DNA of 64,000 nt from Octopus vulgaris (lineage: Eukaryota), in NCBI GenBank assembly GCA_951406725.2, contig OX597830.1, forward strand, positions 55,986,001 through 56,050,000. Reading direction: 5' to 3'. The notes under the pieces were generated by a model. That model did no database searches, was not told the DNA's origin, and saw only the letters and a program-made list of their open reading frames with translations. Position numbers and translations under genes: made by a program. This document shows positions 59,030-64,000 of this stretch, in pieces (positions within the stretch are counted from its first letter, which is position 1; every line of letters starts with the position of its first letter).

Positions 59030-59845
59030 ACATGAGTTGGAATTTCTCCACTTTGATAGGGAATTTTCAATTTTCTTTTCACCATAGTCTTCAAAATTTG
59101 GTGGGGCATCTTTTCGTGAAAAATTTTTTTTGAAACTATGATTTTTTTTTTTCCTCCCGTCAAAAAAATTTTAAATCTTATGATTTTTTTCAAACCTCAC
59201 CCCACTGTTTCTGCTTATATTTTCAAAATATTGGAGAGCTTAAGGTCATTGCTGGGATTTACCCACAGTGATTTCAGAAAAAACTATGTAAAAGATAATT
59301 TATTTTAATAGCACACTTTTCTGTTTGTAAATTTGTTTTTTCTTATGCACACGAACTTGTTTGGTTCAACAGGCGAGGGAGCTTAATTTAAATGACAATT
59401 TTTTTTCTTTTGCGCTTATATCCCAACATTAGACTACAGGTTGATTCTTTATGAGAATGGCTTTGCTCGTATACAAGAAAGCAGCTACCATCATCACACC
59501 ATGAAATGTGTTTATGGGGACAAAAATACTGAAAAACCTCAATACATGTGAGAATGACAAAAAAATGAGGAAGGTGGTCATGGGATATGCTAGAAACAAT
59601 AGCCAAATCTCCCTTAACTCACACGCCTTTTCGTCTGAAAATATCTAAATTTTTTTTCTTTTTACTGAAGAAGCCTCTCTCATGGTTTTTAAGAGCGTGG
59701 TGCCACAAAAAAGGCCCAAATCGGTCTGGAGTGGGGTGGTGAAATTCGTAAATTTTTCAAATTTTTTTCTTTCATAAAAAGATGTCCCCCATCATTTCGA
59801 AGGCTGTGGTAAAAAAAAAAGTGGAAAATTCCAACTTATGTGAGC
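59030..59845. mobile_element. Old element with long imperfect inverted repeats (DNA-transposon-like)
   Basis: catgagttggaatttctccacttt..ggggcatcttttcgtgaaa (~59030-59120) mirrors tttcataaaaagatgtcccc..aaagtggaaaattccaacttatg (~59770-59840). Confidence 0.55.
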
Positions 59846-60565
59846 ATCCTGACCCAAACCATCTTTTCCAGGTCATGTTATTTAGTTAGAAAAGGTCTGG
59901 GCCAATTCTGGTCGTAAAATTATCCTAGTATCTAAATGAAAAATTCTAGGAAAATAAATGGTGGGTACGTTACTCCCACGGTCAATAGCGATTAGTCAGC
60001 CAGAAATACGAGTTTTACTTCTTGTATAGCAAATCTCTTAGGTGAACTATAAACAACAAATCACTTGATTTGAAAGGAGATAAAGCTGAGATATGGTACT
60101 CCCATAAAGTAGCGTATTTATGATAAACCCTACTTTATTCCATTATGTTGTCACAATATTGTATGTTCATGTACAGAATCTTACATTTTCCACAAAAAAA
60201 GAAAAAAACTTTAAAATATTCTTCAGTAAGTGTATTATGAAGCATTAAATTTGTGGCGATCCTTCGGTATAGGTACCGTAAGTATTGGAAGTGGCTTTGT
60301 TTACATTTCTGAAGATAACAGATACCCATTTCTCCCACCCCTAACCCCCCGCCAAGTATATATAAAAAAACCCCACTTTCTTGAAATGTATCCGGTACCT
60401 ATACCGAAGTTATGTCAAATTTGTTGTGCCACAAAATATACCAGTATTCTGCTATGCCGGTAAATACGGCAAATATACAAAAATTTTACGGAGATGTACT
60501 TGCATAGCAAGTGACCAGATCTGGGATCGTGTGCTGAAATGAAAACAATTGCAGCGTGGAAGGTG

Positions 60566-60771
60566 TTTATAAACCATTTAAGAAACACACAAAAACCGTT
60601 AGATTCACTTCCACATTTAAATTTAATGTGTCAAAAATATTTTCATCGCTTTGAGACCGCGACCTGTTCACTGACAAACGGTCTCAAAGCGACGAAAATA
60701 TTTTGACAAATTAAATTTAAATGTGGAAGTGAATCTAACGGTTTTTGTGTGTTTCTTAAATGGCTTATAAA
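60566..60771. repeat. ~94-bp-arm inverted repeat, Penelope-like terminal structure
   Basis: Arms 60566-60659 and 60679-60771 are near-perfect reverse complements around a 19-nt spacer; contains a hammerhead-like motif. Confidence 0.8.
60628..60678 (-). ncRNA. Minimal type I hammerhead ribozyme-like motif, G3-C8 variant (probably decayed)
   Basis: tttgtca-GTGAACA-g-gtcgc-ggtctcaaa-gcga(t/c)-GAAA-atattt(t)-tgaca: stem I, core, stem II and a palindromic AATATT stem III. Confidence 0.55.
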
Positions 60772-61949
60772 TACAAATATTTATCTCAGAACTATGAGAA
60801 TTCTTGCCAAACTCTCTCGGAACTATGGGAGCTCTGCATCAGTAGAGAGAGTACCAGTAAAACAAAATCTGACCTTTCGGACAGTAGACCGACACCGTAA
60901 TAACAACCTGCCGATAACAGTCTTGCGAAAGAACAAGACAATCTCTATGTGGGTTGCACAACTGGTTAAAATCACTTCCTATTGTCTTTCAAAAAGGAAA
61001 GGACACATTAAATAAAGACAGAACAATCTGGTCGATCAGGGCTGACCTGGGGTTAAAAAACAACTATCTTGCGTGCAAACGACACAGGTTAGAAATAGCA
61101 ATCAAATTTCATTCGACCGTCTTGAAAATGGGAAGGACTTTCGGAAACAATACTATTTGAATAAGATGGCACTGTCACGGCTGGATTCTCACTGATCATA
61201 CAAGAGTTGGAGCTTAGAATCTTTCTACTCTGAGGAAAGATGAAGTCTACACATGTTCTCTAAATCTACTGCAGTCAAATTTCCCTTATACTTCGAAAGC
61301 TTAAAGAAAAAACAAACTAGATAATGTAGTCCGAAGTATACTATGCTTAAAAAAAGTTGTTAGCGTGGTCTAGGTCTAACCTTGGGCTAAACAACTAGGA
61401 ATCTAGATACAGTTGCTCGATCTGCTCAAAATTTATAATCCTACCACCTTAAAAATCAAGCACATGATGTAGTCTTGGTTAATATCTAGATCCGCACCCG
61501 GTGGGAAAAATGGAAACGAAAATGTGTAACAGTTGTAAGGCATCGTATGTTGACGGAATAAGACGGGAAAAAAGCGCGCTGACAAACGGGGGGTGGGGGG
61601 CTCGGGAAATTCCCGAGTAAACAACACAACGATGGGAAGACATTTCCGTCATAGATGCGTTAAGAAAAAATAAATGACATGATCGTCATGGCTGGAAGGT
61701 CTATGATCATAGGCTGACCTGTGGCTAAAACACCACATTATGCAGTTATTCAACCTGACAGAAATAGCAGCCAAATGTTTTCGAAATAGGGAAAAGATAT
61801 TGAATAATGTGATCCTAAACACACTTTATGAATAAATAATACGCGATGGTCACATCTTGAACGCCTCTAGTCATAGGTCTGTTTAATTTAAACCTGAGGC
61901 CTACGATTTAAATGATGCAATCAGGTATTTGTCATAAATGTTGTCAAAC

Positions 61950-63150
61950 ATAACGGGGGAAGAGAAAAAGGGTAAAACAAAAATAAAGCAGCCATTTTAG
62001 ACGGTAAATCAGATACAAAAGTGTTTTTTCCAGTCTGAAAAACATTATTTGGTCTAAGTTCTCAACGGTTGTTTATAGATTAAGCTTCATTATAAAACAA
62101 AACGAGGAGCGGGGCACTTCTGATATTAAAATCTAAAAGAGATATTCAATTACTAAAAAGAAAACCGCAAAGTTTATGAACGTGGTGGAAATCAGAAATG
62201 ATTATACTCCATGGATATGGTTAAAAAATGTAATAATTCTTAAAATATATCAAAGATATTTCACCGTATAATATCAAAACTGTCGTAAACTATACCTGCG
62301 TGTAATATTTAAGATTCAGTACTTTTAAACAATCCTATATTTTGTTGCCGATTTTAATAATAAACTCGATGTTGTTCGTCCATGTGTTTGTTATCGTCTG
62401 GTATGTATTTTCGTAGTTGTGACAATGTTTTGAATAAACTTATTTGCTTTCAGAAAATAAAATAAATGAATAAATACATTGAAATACATATGTATAATTT
62501 TTTTAAAAATTCAAACACAATATTCGGCGGAAAATAACGACATGATTTAAAACCTGCTGAAAAAGTATACAAAAGTCAGTTAAAATTCGTATTTTTCTTT
62601 CATTACTTTTGCCGCCAATTTTAGTCTGATAACGTCCGAACGAGATTTCCCTTTAAGCTCTAAAGTTACTGCTGATATTTTTTTTTTTAGTAATTTTTTC
62701 CTATAACACTTCAAATAAATCCAATACACCTTTACTTTTGACAAATTTTATTGGTTTAGGTGAATAAATACAACGATTATTATAAAATAATATCAATTAA
62801 TTTTCGGAAAAATAGTCTTCTCCGAGAATAGCGAACGTCGGGCGAACATCAGCCATTGTTCCGTTCGCCTGTTTTAAATATTTTTATGCGATTCAAATGT
62901 AAATTTTAAAACCAGTATTTGTAATATAAATTAGCGGGTGAGTATAAATATATATGTATATTTCGTAAAACTATTTGTTTCCTTCAATTTCAATGCATGT
63001 AACCAAATATTTAATCTAATCTGATGCTTTTCCTGAGATAAATGCCCATTCCCTTTGTTAACCAACAATGGAGCGGGGGAAACGAAGACATATGGATTGG
63101 AATATATACGAAATGTTATGGGGAATGTTGATCTTCCGCGATAAGAATTA
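61950..63150 (-). promoter_or_regulatory. Putative TopBP1 promoter / non-coding first exon region
   Basis: Locally CpG-richer and free of the common SINEs. E2F consensus TTTGCCGC at 62608-62615; E2F-like GGCGGAAAA at 62526-62534; YY1-like AAAATGGCTGC (minus) at ~61988-61998; candidate minus-strand donor cag|gtatag at 62296/62295. The ATG exon has an upstream acceptor, so an earlier exon is expected. Confidence 0.45.
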
Positions 63151-63403
63151 TATAATGTTTCCAAACCAAGTTTTGCTATATTACTCACAGCTATCACATT
63201 TTCACTATTCCTTCTCAAATCATGAACAAATCCTTCATTTTTTTCCTTCCCCTTCATGCCTGCTTCTCCCAAAAAATTAATGATTTGTCCCATATATATA
63301 TATATATACGTATAATAAAATAGGGTAATAATAAATTGTTATTACCAGTGGCCTAGCACAAAAAACGAATTAAGTCATTAGACTATATATATATATATAT
63401 ATA

Positions 63404-63564
63404 ATACAATAAGAGGTTTCCAAATAGGAAAGCGTTGTGCTAGAAACACAAAAAAGGGATAAATTCACGAAAGGAATGAAAATTAAAAACATTTACCTTT
63501 CATGAATTTATCCCTTTTTTGTGTTCTAGCACAACGCTTTCCTATTTGGAAGCCTCTTATTGTA

Positions 63565-63565
<1 letters not shown>
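63404..63565. repeat. Foldback element (~70-bp arms) between (TA)n tracts
   Basis: 63404-63474 is a near-perfect reverse complement of 63496-63565. Confidence 0.85.
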
Positions 63566-63603
<38 letters not shown>

Positions 63604-63605
63604 TT

Positions 63606-63745
63606 ATAATACAAATAAGAAAATGGAGAAACAAATTCCACCTCGTTCATCAACTTATGGATATTACAATTTTCCATTAAAATTGTAATATCCGTAAATT
63701 GATGAACGAGAAGAACTTGTTTCTCCATTTTCTTATTTGTATTAT
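63606..63745. repeat. Foldback element (~67-bp arms, 5-nt loop)
   Basis: 63606-63673 pairs with 63679-63745 with few mismatches. Confidence 0.85.
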
Positions 63746-64000
63746 GAATTTACGGTAAAAATATTTTTTTTTACCTCGACCCATTTAATACAATAAATGA
63801 ATTAATCGCATTGCAATTAAAAGCATTTACGTATTGAGAATTTGGGTAATTTACCAACAGTATATTGGATAATTGATATCCCTTAATGGGTTACATTCAT
63901 AACCCATATCTTAATTTATATATATATATATATATATATATTTATAAATGAATTAATTGCATTGCAATTAAAAGCATTTATGTATTAAGAATTTGGGTAA

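Overview
AT-rich, repeat-dense animal genomic DNA; the SINE families look like those of an octopod cephalopod (inference from repeat content). Almost the whole window is one minus-strand gene, TopBP1 (DNA topoisomerase II-binding protein 1; BRCT0-8 plus ATR-activation domain). I traced it by hand as 41 GT-AG-bounded, phase-consistent coding exons, from ATG at 53718 to TGA at 315 (4668 nt, 1555 aa). A CpG-richer putative promoter and first exon with E2F/YY1-like motifs lies near 62-63 kb. The introns hold tRNA-derived SINEs, non-autonomous Helitrons (including a near-identical ~1.17-kb inverted pair flanking exons 16-26), a DD41D Tc1/mariner remnant interrupted by an RTE-like LINE tail, mariner and maT remnants, TTAA MITEs and a CR1/L2-like RT relic. 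The main leads are a minimal hammerhead-ribozyme-like motif with a G3-C8 core swap inside a Penelope-style inverted repeat (~60.6 kb), and two protein-like, phase-compatible cryptic exons in intron 8 that could give TopBP1 an alternative N-terminus with a cyclin-docking-like motif. All calls were made by eye, without database searches.
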